Shown here in pieces: positions 37,485 through 49,561 of a DNA stretch of 64,000 bases. A model generated the notes under the pieces. It made no database searches, was not told where the DNA came from, and saw only the letters and a list, made by a program, of their open reading frames with translations. This stretch comes from Eledone cirrhosa (Eukaryota): positions 294,004,001 to 294,068,000 of the forward strand of contig OZ024740.1 of NCBI GenBank assembly GCA_964016885.1, written 5' to 3'. Within the stretch, counting starts at the first letter, position 1, and the number at the start of each line of letters is the position of its first letter. The translations under genes were made by a program, and so were the position numbers.

Positions 37485-38341
37485 TCATACACACTTCTTT
37501 GGTCGCCAGTAAGGCTGTTTGATTTTCATTAACATAAATTTGGTTATGATTTTCTGACATAAGCAATTTTTCTTTTTGTGATGAGTGCACAAAATTCTAT
37601 ATTTAAATGTCAAACATTATACTATAGAAATGAGATCAAAATGTGACATTTTGTAAATGTTTTGCTGCTATTGAAAGCTACACTTTTTATCTAATCAATG
37701 CAAGGCAACCTTGTTATTAATGCTATCATCTTAATGTAAAGAATCTAAAACTTGTTATTATCCACAATCATTATCATCATTATTTTGATGTTTTTCTCAG
37801 CTTATATGGGTAGGAGAAATCCTCCTCTCCAGCGCAACATCCTCCACTTGTCTCTTTTGTTTGTCATCTATTTCAATAAGTTCTACATTTTAATATCAAC
37901 TTCAGTTTTCACCACTTCTGCCTAATTCTATCATATTTATTTATCTATTGCTGAAGACTTTATAAAAATGTGGATAAAATTGAGTTATTGTGAAGTGTTT
38001 AACCATAAAATGTATTTATGTGAGAATGACTTAAATATCTGCTCCAGGGACAATGCATTTTACATTTAAGCTTATGGGATTGCAAGAGTAAATAATTCAG
38101 AGTGCTTAAAGAGTTAATGCCATAAAATTCAGACACACACCAATATAAAAATATATTTGGTATTTAAAAGATATAATGTAAAATTTACCAACACATACAC
38201 ACACACCTTTTCTGTGGGGCATGCACCCTATACTCAAAATCACTGATTTACAACTTTTCAAATATGATGAAGATAGTAACTTTTCTCATTAATTGATATT
38301 AATGATGTTTTTACACTTTAGAAAACAATCATTTCTATTAA

Positions 38342-38548
38342 CCCTTTAGCATTTACATTACTCTATATTTACTATTATATTTTCATGGCAAAGGTTTTAT
38401 CTCACTTAATATCGAATCTATGAGATTTTGATATTATTTATTTTAGAACAATACCTTAACACCAGTATGAATGGCCAGTTATGGCTGATTTGAACAAAAA
38501 GAGGTGAGCAAATTCTGGCCAGATTTGGCTGGTTTAAATGCTAAAGGG
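38342..38548. mobile_element. TTAA MITE family A
   Basis: TTAA|CCCTTTAGCATTT ... AAATGCTAAAGGG|TTGA. Confidence 0.85.
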
Positions 38549-38792
38549 TTGAATAAAAATGTTTTTTTTAATTAGTGTTGTTTCCAATTCTATAAAAAAT
38601 ATCTGAATTAAATAAACAGAGAAGTATATTTATATATTTAAGAGATAGATTCTTTTTTTCTGTCCATCATACAAATAGCAGTCATGTCATAAGGGTCAAC
38701 GCAGATTGTGTTGTAGTTAACTTTTGGTTCCTCTCACATAAAACAAAGTGCCTATCTTTTTAGCATTTTATACATTTCAGTCTACCATATAT

Positions 38793-38824
<32 letters not shown>

Positions 38825-38832
<8 letters not shown>

Positions 38833-39310
38833 ATACTTTGGGAGGGTCATGTTGCCAATAAGAAACACATGCACCAGTTGCTTTCACTTCAATTTATTAT
38901 AATAAATTTATAAATTTATAAATTTCTGGTTGGTTGGTTGGTTGGTTCCACAACCAGATAGTTGTTTATATATTGTCATAGTTCTTTCGTCACACACTCT
39001 GTGAAACAAAATGGCGTAGGACAGAACAAAGGAGAGGCACAGAAACAAAGAAAGGAATACCCAGTCACTGAAGAGGTCACAGAGTGTGTGACGAAAGAAC
39101 TATGACAATATATAAACAACTATCTGGTTGTGGAACCAACCAACCAACCAGAAATTTATAAATTTATAAATTTATTATAATAAATTGAAGTGAAAGCAAC
39201 TGGTGCGTGTGTTTCTTATTGGCAACATGACCCTCCCAAAGTATAACAATATCGGTTTCAACACACGATTTCAGATAAAGAATCTTGCTAAACAAATTCA
39301 GAAACGAAAT
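38825..39310 (+). mobile_element. Penelope-like non-autonomous element with a near-perfect inverted duplication, sitting in (TA)n
   Basis: Arms 38825-39004 and 39077-39252 differ by one substitution and one TTGG unit; 72-nt spacer; contains the hammerhead motif. Confidence 0.65.
39064..39106 (+). ncRNA. Minimal type-I hammerhead ribozyme
   Basis: GTCA-CTGAAGA-G-GTCACA-GAGTG-TGTGAC-GAAA-G-AA-C-TA-TGAC: stem I GTCA/TGAC, 6-bp stem II, 2-bp stem III, CUA cleavage triplet (cut after 39102). Confidence 0.7.
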
Positions 39311-39519
39311 ATATATATATTCATATATCTTCCATTATATATATTCACAATAATATACTTTAGATATGACAGATAATTCAGAACATTGATGGGTTTATGC
39401 ATACAATGTTTATAAAAGAATTCTAAATGATTTATTTACAAATCCAAAGTGAAATAAATGTTTAGAAAACAATGGATGATTATTTGAACACTGACTGCTA
39501 TATACTTTTATCAAATAAA

Positions 39520-39704
39520 TAATTGTTTCTACTTTAGGCACAAGGCCAGCAATTACCCAGTGCATTACTGGTACTTTATTTTATCGACCCCGTAAGGATG
39601 AAAGGCAAAGTCAACCTCGGTGGGATTTGAACTCAGATCGTAAAGGGACGTAACTATGCTGGAAATCATAGCGTCCGACCCTCTACCGATACTGCCAATC
39701 CACA
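39520..39704 (-). mobile_element. Internally deleted tRNA/Meta-like SINE (monomer)
   Basis: Same GCCAGCAATTACCCAGT deletion junction as the 31868 trimer. Confidence 0.8.
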
Positions 39705-40057
39705 AATAATATTACTAATATATGTTTTCATGCTATTATATATTTGCTGATTTTCAATATCTTTCTCGGTTGTGTCTTAGGGGAATAGTTTAATATCAAT
39801 TGCTGCAATACTAATTACGTTAGTATTAACATATTTAAAAGCTAATCAGAAATAAATATGGGATAAGAAAAATATTTTTTTTTTAGTCTGGTAAGTATGG
39901 GAAATAACACTGGACAGTTTTTGTCTTATTCTGACTTTCTCAGAAAAGCACAGCATTCACTAAACTATCATGTCGAAGTTAAAACTGAAAATATGCCTTA
40001 CCCAGGGATATAGGAAAAGTTAAAAGCTCTGTCTGTATTTTACAAATTAACCAAGAG

Positions 40058-40780
40058 AAAATCAGTGCTGCGAAAACTGAGACACTCGTCCTCTCAAGGA
40101 AGTCTGCACAGTGCACTCTACATGTGAATGAAGTTGCACTGAATCAGGTAGAGAAGTTCAAGTATCTTATGGCCATGTTCACAAGTGATGGAAGGCAGGA
40201 GACTGAATTAAGTGCAAGAATTGCAAGAGCTGGTGCAGTAATGCACCAGCTTCAGCATTCATTAATCATAAGAAGGGAGGTAGATGTAAAAGTCAAACTC
40301 GCTATCTTCAATTCGGTATTCGTGCCAACTCTTACCTATTATCAAGAATCTTGGATAATGACCGAAAGAATACGATCGGGAATACAAGCAGCTGAAATGG
40401 GGGTTCCTCTGAAGGGTCTGTAGAGTAACGTTACTTGATAGAATGCATAGCTAGGAGATTAAAGAGTCACTCCAGGTAGAGCTGTTACTTCTTAAAATTG
40501 AGAGATCGCAGCTCCAATACATGTGGTTAGAGTGTCTCAGGAAAGAGTCACTGGACAGATTTTATGGGCAAAACCAACCAGCAGGAGACCCAGGGGTAGA
40601 CCCCGAACAACGTGGTTGGATAACATCCATGAGCTTGGCTTGTATTGCTAGAGATCCAGCTGAATCAGTTGGAGACGGTTGCTTCTGGCAGGACAAGCTG
40701 GAAGGGGTGTTTGAGGATTCTGCTCCCATGGCCCTCTCAGGAATAAGTGGACAAAGAAGAAGAACCAAGAGAAAAGAATG
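40058..40780 (+). mobile_element. RTE-type LINE 3' fragment (second family)
   Basis: ISAAKTETLVL..QVEKFKYL..FVPTLTY..IQAAEM..RPRGRPRTTWLDNI. Confidence 0.85.
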
Positions 40781-42571
40781 AAAGAATATACAATCACACT
40801 TTCTGAATTTAGAAGGAAATAAAGATTATTAATGTCAACTTATCACTTTATCAAGGGTGAGGCATACATTGTTTTGAGGTGTTGTAATGGGGCATTGGAG
40901 AAGAAAATTTAAGAACCATTTCTTGTAAATGAATTTGATTTAGTCAGAGAGGATTTATAAAAATTTACAGAAACTTATTTTTTACTCCTTGCTCTGTAGT
41001 ACTCATTTAATTATAATCATTAAGAATCAAAGAAAGAATGTAGAGTAATTACTTTAATTATTTCATCTGAGATGATGTTGATGGGTTTATATTAATTTTG
41101 TTTGAAGATAGGTATTCTTGTTTTTGTAGCCAGTGTTGTTGTTGTTTGCTATAAAGAGAAAAAAATGTCATCTACATGTTCTGGCCTGTATTTTTTCCAG
41201 CTAACTTCAGGTATATTCTATATAACCATTGAATATAAAGAGAAATTAGAGAAAATAGCTATCAGGAAACAGTGTAGAGTACAGACCAGCTACATCAATG
41301 GTATCAGAAAACACTGTACAGTACAGACGAGCTACATCAATGGTTATCAGGAAATACTGTAGAGTACAGACCAGCTATATCAATGGATATCAGTTTAAAG
41401 TTATTCCCCAATTCTGAAACAACTGTTTTTAGTTACGTTTTTCTGTGTGCATGGAATAAAACATGAATAAATTCCCTGGAAATTTTAAGAGAAAACACAA
41501 GGTAAGTTATACTGATAGAATTAATGCCTTGGTTAACTGTTTTACTGAACTTGAATTTTAATAGAATATAATCTAAGCAGTTTAAATATTTTATCTCCTT
41601 TCAAATTTTCTGATAGCATGCATTTAACAAGAGTGAAAAAAATGAATATGTGCTTCTTATGTTTAAAAATCAATAAAAGCTCATAGAGTATTATATTCTA
41701 CAGAGCAGCCAAATGGTTTTTATACAATGTTACTGAATCAGAAATATATTTCTAGGGGAAATAATGAAAGCAAATATAATTTCTTCTGGTATTAATTTTT
41801 TCTTCAGTGAAAATGTCATGTGACAAAATAGGATTGCAAACATTTCAATGTATTTTCCATGTGATGAAACAATATATGGCTTATTTTGATTAAATTGAAA
41901 AGCTATTATTTTTCTTCAGAGATGGAGATTTATTTGAATATCATTGTGCATTACTGCTATCATCCATTCCATCTAACATATTTGACTATTAAAAAAAGTA
42001 GGTGTTACAATTTGTCATGTCTGTTTGTTTGGTTGAATGTTTGAGTATCCAGTGTGTTATCTCAGAAATTATTGAAGCTAAGATGTCCAAAAACGATTTT
42101 ATCAATAGTTATTAAGAAACATTACATTTTATTTTTCATTCTTTTTTTAAATTTTGCATTCTTTGGAAGTTATTTGGATATTAAATATGCCCCCAAGTGT
42201 AGCGAATATGTCATATCTTTACAAGATACAGATTATAAAGTTAGTTATATGGAAAACAAATATATTTACATTCATGCAATACCTTCAAATATTGATGACC
42301 ATAGTAATGAGTAATACAAATAGATTCAAATGATTAACATCAAGCTGGCATTCTATCAGTACAAGAGAATACCAGTACAGTGAGGGTTATGATAAATACA
42401 AGAGAATACCAATACAGTATGGGTTATGAATAAATAAATATGCTGAGTCATATCCATATGTATTTAGTCTTGCAGTGAAATCATGTCCATGAGAATGATT
42501 TTGGTAACTTAAGATGACAGTTGAACTGGCTAATTCTATTGTCATTTAACAACTTACCAGGATTAGCTTAC

Positions 42572-42589
42572 CTCCCTACAACCAAAATA
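42572..42589 (-). other. Candidate 18-nt microexon of the MARCH gene (alternative donor gives 32 nt, 42558-42589)
   Basis: cttttttatttcAG|TATTTTGGTTGTAGGGAG|GTAAGC..CCTG|GTAAGT: strong acceptor plus two consensus donors. Confidence 0.4.
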
Positions 42590-43439
42590 CTGAAATAAAA
42601 AAGACTACTTAGTAAAAGTGTCAACAAAACTGTGTCAAACACATTTAAATAGTAGTGCTAAATGGATGACCCTCTTGGAACTAATTCCACAAGACAAATA
42701 CACATGGATATAATTCATCAAAGTTTAACGTCTGTTTTTTCTGCTAACAAAGGTTGAATAGGTCGTCACAGAATGGGTCAGTATTCAAGTGGAGGTATTG
42801 ACCTCCCAGATGGCCCAGAGACCTGCAACTTATTTACCAATGTCCTTGCACTCTATCAAGTGCTCAAACAGGTAGGGAGCTCACATCTTGTTTACATATG
42901 TTCCTGTGCTCTACAGAGTGCATTTTATCATGGCACTAGCACTAGGGATGTTGTCATATCTTTGGTACAGCTGAAGAGTCCTCCCAACCCTTTGAATATT
43001 TTTTCATTTTTCTAGATGGATCTTTGTCATCAGCATCATTTTCACATCCAGGCATAAGTTGGATGAAGTTATTATCTAGTGTGAACTAAACTGAAGAGTC
43101 ACCTCAACTCTTCATCAGTTCATATATGGTCCTCCCAACCCTTTGTATAGCAAGATTTCTATGGCTGGATGTCCTTTACAGAGTGTGCTGAGTGCATTTA
43201 TCATGTAGCTGACCAACACTGGGGAGACTTATGTCCATGACACAACATATATATATATATACTGGTGTAGAGTTGTGGGAACACACGGAAATGACATTCC
43301 CTTACTTTGGTGGGTAGAGAAAATGGCATTTTGTCATCATTTCAAATAAATTCAAATTGTCTAATTTCAACCTTTAAAAGAACTAGGAGAAAGAGTCATT
43401 AACTGTTTTAATTCCTTTTGCTAAAAATGAAAGTGATGT

Positions 43440-44105
43440 CAGCCTCTCTCCAGCTATCTATTTAAAGCTGTATATATTTATTTAAAGCTGTATATATGGT
43501 GCAGCCACACTTAGAATTTGCATCACCAGTCTGGAACCCCTATCTTGCTCAGAACATTGACCGCCTGGAAACTGTTGAGAGACGTGCAACCAAGCGAATA
43601 CCCTCCATCAGGCATCTACCATACTCTGAACGCCTTGCTTCCCTGGGCATGGATACATTGAAGCTCCGACATCTGACAACTGACTTGGTAAACACCCACA
43701 AAATTATTAACCATCTTGCCAACAACAACCCTGAATACCTTTTTGATTTCCATGTGTCTAACACACGTGGGCATGCCAACAAAGTCAGAAAACAGCACAG
43801 CTCCCATGACTTTCTGAAACATTTTTTCACACTCAGAGTTGCTGAAGCATGGAACAAACTACCTGCATCGGTTCTTAGCTGTCAAGACACTGCATCCTTT
43901 AAAACCTCCGTGCTTCCTGAGATTTGCCAAGACTACACCTAATATTCCCCCTCCATACACACGCACACATGTATATCATGACTCATACACTATTCACTTC
44001 CCTGACATTTGTATTTTATTGTATGTACTATACATGCACCTTTGATGAGTTGTAGTGCACCTGAGCTCTGTACACAATAATTTCATTATTATTATTATTA
44101 TTATT
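43440..44105 (+). mobile_element. CR1-clade LINE 3' end
   Basis: VQPHLEFASPVWNP..LETVERRATKRIP..PYSERL..NTRGH..FFTLRVAEAWNKLP; 3' UTR; (ATT)n tail. Confidence 0.9.
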
Positions 44106-44427
44106 TGAGTCTCAGTTATTGCTGTTATTTAACTGGAAAGTTTGTTGAAATGAATATCAAGCCGCTACCTGCAACCTCAGATATTCAGGACGTATCGGAG
44201 GGTTCTTGCTGTTCCCAGCAAGCATGCCTTTTGAAGTGTTCCAAAAAGCGAGGCTGGACTAATTTTCTTTAACCATCCTTGGAAACTCTTTGAGATAGTA
44301 CCTAGTGCGCCTATGACAATCAGGACGACTCTGACTTCATGGCAGTTCCAAATCCTTTTTACCTCCTGGTATCGGTTAATTTTCTCCCTCTCCTTTTCTT
44401 GCACTCTCGTGTCAAATGAGCAGGCTC
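44106..44427 (-). mobile_element. 5'-truncated R4/Dong-clade (RLE) non-LTR retrotransposon
   Basis: ACSFDTRVQEKEREKINRYQ..IVIGALGTI..LQKACLLGTARTLRYVL* fits a C-terminal restriction-like endonuclease; (TAA)n on both flanks. Confidence 0.8.
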
Positions 44428-44869
44428 ATTATTATTATTATTATCACCAACAAATTGTTACCAAACTTGGGATATAGATTGATTAGTCTTGTGAGGGTCA
44501 TTTTGGCATTGACATTGTCAAACATACGTCATTTCTACATACTTTTATTACGTCAATGCAATATACATTTATCCATATCAAATCTACGTACACTTATTAC
44601 CAAATGTACATAATTTCTACATACATTTATTGCCAAATGTATATAATTTATACACACATTTATTACCAAATAAACAGTGTGTTCTACTTTTGTCGAAACT
44701 GAATGAGATCCAGCTAAGTCAATATAACGATTCTTTAGTTGTAAGGATTGTGTTATAAATATAAATTATTTTAGAAAAGAGCTAAATATATATTCTTATA
44801 TAGAACTGAGTAAGTAAAACAAGTTTGTGCAATAAATAGGGCAGAAATAATGCAGTGGAGCTTTGATTA

Positions 44870-46740
44870 GTGTACAGATTTATTGTTATAATAAACAGTG
44901 TGACCAGCTCAAAACTACTGTACAGATTTATTGATATAATAAACAGCGTGACCAGCTCAAAACTACTGTACAGATTTATTGTTATAATAAACAGTGTGAC
45001 CAGCTCAAAACTACTGTACAGATTTATTGTTATAATAAACAGCGTGACCAGCTCAAAACTACTGTACAGATTTATTGATATAATAAACAGCGTGACCAGC
45101 TCAAAACTACTGTACAGATTTATTGTTATAATAAACAGTGTGACCAGCTCAAAACTACTGTACAGATTTATTGTTATAATAAACAGCGTGACCAGCTCAA
45201 AACTACTGTACAGATTTATTATTATAATAAACAGTGTGACCAGCTCAAAACTACTGTACAGATTTATTGTTATAATAAACAGTGTGACCAGCTCAAAACT
45301 ACTGTACAGATTTATTGTTATAATAAACAGTGTGACCAGCTCAAAACTACTGTACAGATTTATTGATATAATAAACAGCGTGACCAACTCAAAACTACTG
45401 TACAGATTTATTGTTATAATAAACAGTGTGACCAGCTCAAAACTACTGTACATATTTATTGTTATAATAAACAGTGTGACCAGCTCAAAACTACTGTACA
45501 GATTTGATATAATAAACAGCGTGACCAGCTCAAAACTACTGTACAGATTTATTGTTATAATAAACAGTGTGACCAGCTCAAAACTACTGTACAGATTTAT
45601 TGATATAATAAACAGCGTGACCAGCTCAAAACTACTGTACAGATTTATTGTTATAATAAACAGTGTGACCAGCTCAAAACTACTGTACAGATTTATTGAT
45701 ATAATAAACAGCGTGACCAGCTCAAAACTACTGTACAGATTTATTGTTATAATAAACAGTGTGACCAGCTCAAAACTACTGTACAGCTTTATTGTTATAA
45801 TAAACAGTGTGACCAGCTCAAAACTACTGTACAGATTTATTGATATAATAAACAGCGTGACCAACTCAAAACTACTGTACAGATTTATTGTTATAATAAA
45901 CAGCGTGACCAGCTCAAAACTACTGTACAGATTTATTGATATAATAAACAGCGTGACCAGCTCAAAACTACTGTACAGATTTATTGATATAATAAACAGT
46001 GTGACCAGCTCAAAACTACTGTACAGATTTATTGATATAATAAACAGTGTGACCAGCTAAATACTACTGTACAGATTTATTGATATAATAAACAGTGTGA
46101 CCAGCTCAAAACTACTGTACAAATTTATTGATATAATAAACAGTGTGACCAGCTCAAAACTACTGTACAGATTTATTGATATAATAAACAGTGTGACCAG
46201 CTCAAAACTACTGTACAGATTTATTATTATAATAAACAGTGTGACCAGCTCAAAACTACTGTACAGATTTATTGATATAATAAACAGCGTGACCAGCTCA
46301 AAACTACTGTACAGATTTATTGTTATAATAAACAGTGTGACCAGCTCAAAACTACTGTACAGATTTATTGTTATAATAAACAGTGTGACCAGCTCAAAAC
46401 TACTGTACAGATTTATTGATATAATAAACAGCGTGACCAACTCAAAACTACTGTACAGATTTATTGTTATAATAAACAGCGTGACCAGCTCAAAACTACT
46501 ATACAGATTTATTGATATAATAAACAGTGTGACCAGCTCAAAACTACTGTACAGATTTAATGTTATAATAAACAGTGTGACCAGCTCAAAACTACTGTAC
46601 AGATTTATTGATATAATAAACAGTGTGACCAGCTCAAAACTACTGTACAGATTTATTGATATAATAAACAGTGTGACCAGCTCAAAACTACTGTACAGAT
46701 TTATTGATATAATAAACAGTACAAGCAGCTCAAAACTGAA
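44870..46740. repeat. 48-bp minisatellite, about 39 copies
   Basis: TGTACAGATTTATTG(T/A)TATAATAAACAG(T/C)GTGACCAGCTCAAAACTAC. Confidence 0.97.
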
Positions 46741-48548
46741 ATCTTATTTGAAAATAACAGATCATTTTTGTCATACAATTCGTTAGGAAATTTACTTCAC
46801 AATCACGAGTTCCCAGGTTCAATCCCACTACATGGTAACATGTCTTCTTCCATAGTCTCAGCTTAATTAATGCCTAATGAAAAGAATTTGATACACGGAA
46901 AGTGTGAGGAAGTTTTTCCTGTGTGTGTGTGTGTGTGTTTCATTGACAAATGTCAATAAAAGTTGTAGATATCAACAAAAGAACTGATAAACCAGTGCTT
47001 ATAAAACAAAGATCACATGTGGTATTTGTTCCACTCAAGTTGCATAAAAACTGCTATTTTATATGCAGTGAGCCAGAGGTTGACCTATTATAAATCTCTA
47101 ACTAGTGAAGCTAGTGTTCACAAACCATTATATAGAATGAAATAATTAAAATAGGTGGAGCTAGCTAACATAGTGTCTAAAGTCCAAAGATTCTAGAGGT
47201 ATTACAAGAAATTGCTTCTCTGATTGCCAACGGATAAATTCATTCTTTACATATATGGCCCATGTTAGAGCTTGAATATTATGGTAGTGAAACTAAGTAC
47301 AAAATAATGGTAACAAGTTAAGAATGATTTGTTGAATAAGTATTATGTTAATCCAAAATGTTGATAAAATATCTAGCTGTCAGACATTTGTATTAAGAAA
47401 TAACCAAGATATACAATTCAAATAGATCAGAAAATTTATAAGTAATTCCATGATCAACTAGTTTAGAAATTTAAGCCTCTGGAGTGAGATATGATATATA
47501 GAACCAATATATTTACAATATACCCAGTACATCCTCTGGTACCACGAAAATTCACCCAGTACACACTAAACTGGTTGATGATAAGAAGGGTATCAAGCCA
47601 AATTTCCCAAACAAAGGGTATCAAGAAAACTTCCCAAACAAAGGGTTGGGAGGACTCTGCAGTTGTGTTAATGATGTGGACCTGAAAACCTCTCTAGTGT
47701 TGGTGATCTATACAATAAATATACCCAGTACACTCTGTAAAGTGGTTGGTTATAGGAAGGACATCTAGCTATAGAAAGCTTGCTAAATAAAATGATTTGG
47801 GACAGATTGGTAAACAAAAACGTTAAGAGTCTACCACCCATGAGAAGGTTTATCTGCTGACAACTTGACTTTTACAGTAGACTCTGTTGAAGAATAGTAT
47901 AAGTTTAAAGCTTAAATAAAATGATCATTATTCAAAAATAATCTAACAGTTAACATGGCAAAGATTAAGATAAGATGCAGCTAATTCTTCCTGTTACACT
48001 TCCCTGTTGCAACTTAACAATGGTTAACATAGGATTAACTAATAAATATTATCTACAGAGAAGTGTACAATGAAAGCTTTAGTTTGGTTTGCTTGAAATA
48101 TACCCCAAGACATTTAAAACAAAAACAAAGATAATCAAATTCAAGGTGAGATTGATTTCTGAAGGTGGAAAGAGAAAATATATTTTATAAGTAGTATAAT
48201 ACATAAGCTATTTATAAAGATATGCAACACTAGGTATTTGCCACTATTCATCTAGCCATCCATAATGGTTTTGTCATGTCTTAACTCACTCTATCAAGTA
48301 TTTAATCCTACTGTACTACATTAATAAATTTGGTCTACTTTTTAACACTGTTCTGATTATTGAGACTCACACCTTAAATGTAGAAAAGCAGATAAACCAA
48401 CAGCTATGAAATGAGAGTATGTTTTTAATAGCATACCTTCAACAAGTTATGACTAGTTTTCTTTTCAATAGCAACAGCACTTTAAATGCAAGTCATTACT
48501 GTCAAAAACAATTACTTGGGTCAAATGAATACTAATACCTGAATTTAA

Positions 48549-48772
48549 CCCTTCCGTTACCATATTTCTAATAAAAGACATTGCTTATGATTTTCAATTA
48601 ATTTTGAAAATAATCAAGAATTTGGAAGGATTTAGTAATATAACTAACTTCCTCATTATTAAGCTGATGTTTGAAACATAAGAAACGTTTTTTAAATGTG
48701 GAAGGGTTTTAGATAAATATAAGCATGTTAAAATAAACAGGGACAGTGTCAGATGGCTTGGTATCAAAAGGG
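48549..48772. mobile_element. TTAA MITE family B
   Basis: TTAA|CCCTTCCGTTACCA ... TGGTATCAAAAGGG|TTAA. Confidence 0.75.
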
Positions 48773-48842
48773 TTAAAATGTTATTTAAATTCAAATATAA
48801 CAAATATTTCCATTTTGTTCCTCATATTTTACATATAGCAAA

Positions 48843-49065
48843 TAATGGTTTCTAAATTAGGAACAAGGCTAGCAATGCTGGGAAGTGACGAAAAAGTCAA
48901 TTATATCCACTCCAGTACTAGACTGGTATTTTATTTTATCAACCTTGGAAGGAGAAAAGGCAAAGTTGAACTCGGTGAGATTAACTTGTGATGTAAAAGA
49001 GCGGAAATAAATATTGGAAAGCATTTTGACTGACACTCTACTGATTCTACCAATCCACTGCCCTA
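48843..49065 (-). mobile_element. tRNA/Meta-like SINE, decayed
   Basis: Reverse complement of the 2330 family. Confidence 0.6.
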
Positions 49066-49189
49066 CATACATTTTATTACATTTTACTAGTTAGTGTAAA
49101 TATTCATTATTTCCCAGGAACATTATTGATTATACCTCAATAACCATGTTTCATCTAAATGTATGTGTAGCAAGAGTTGCCTCCCTTGT

Positions 49190-49561
49190 TGTGACGATCA
49201 CATCACCAATAGATTAACGCTCTCTAGACAGGAAGTAGCTGGAGTTACTTCTCGTTGGGGGTGGCAGAACCCTTTTTGTCACTTCCGTCTTGAGACCCTA
49301 TAAAAGGGATACTCAGAGCGATCTCTCTCTCATTTGCCCTTTCGGCTGCTGGCCTTCGGCCAGGCGCGTTCACCGAGTCTCTACTCTCTGGCAACCCTAA
49401 CATGGTCTCTTGCGAGCTAACTACAAAACAGTAACAAATAACTTTACTTCATATTTCATCTACTCTTGACATGTCAACAATTCTATACTACATAACTTCA
49501 ACTTGTTAATTAAACTTTATACACAACTGAGTCTTTTGTTATATTCAAACACGCCAGTACA
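49190..49561 (+). mobile_element. Solo LTR (Gypsy-like), 372 bp
   Basis: TGT...ACA termini, 4-bp TSD TTGT (49186-49189, 49562-49565), TATAAAA at 49299, ATTAAA near the 3' end. Confidence 0.7.

Noticed and set aside
37276-37590. 104-aa ORF with Cys-rich end
   Set aside because: Crosses a microsatellite; the Cys-rich part overlaps the repeat element with the CTCF-like and hammerhead motifs
44782-46786. Repeat ORFs up to 396 aa
   Set aside because: Explained by a stop-free 48-bp unit; no unique flanking coding sequence or splice context
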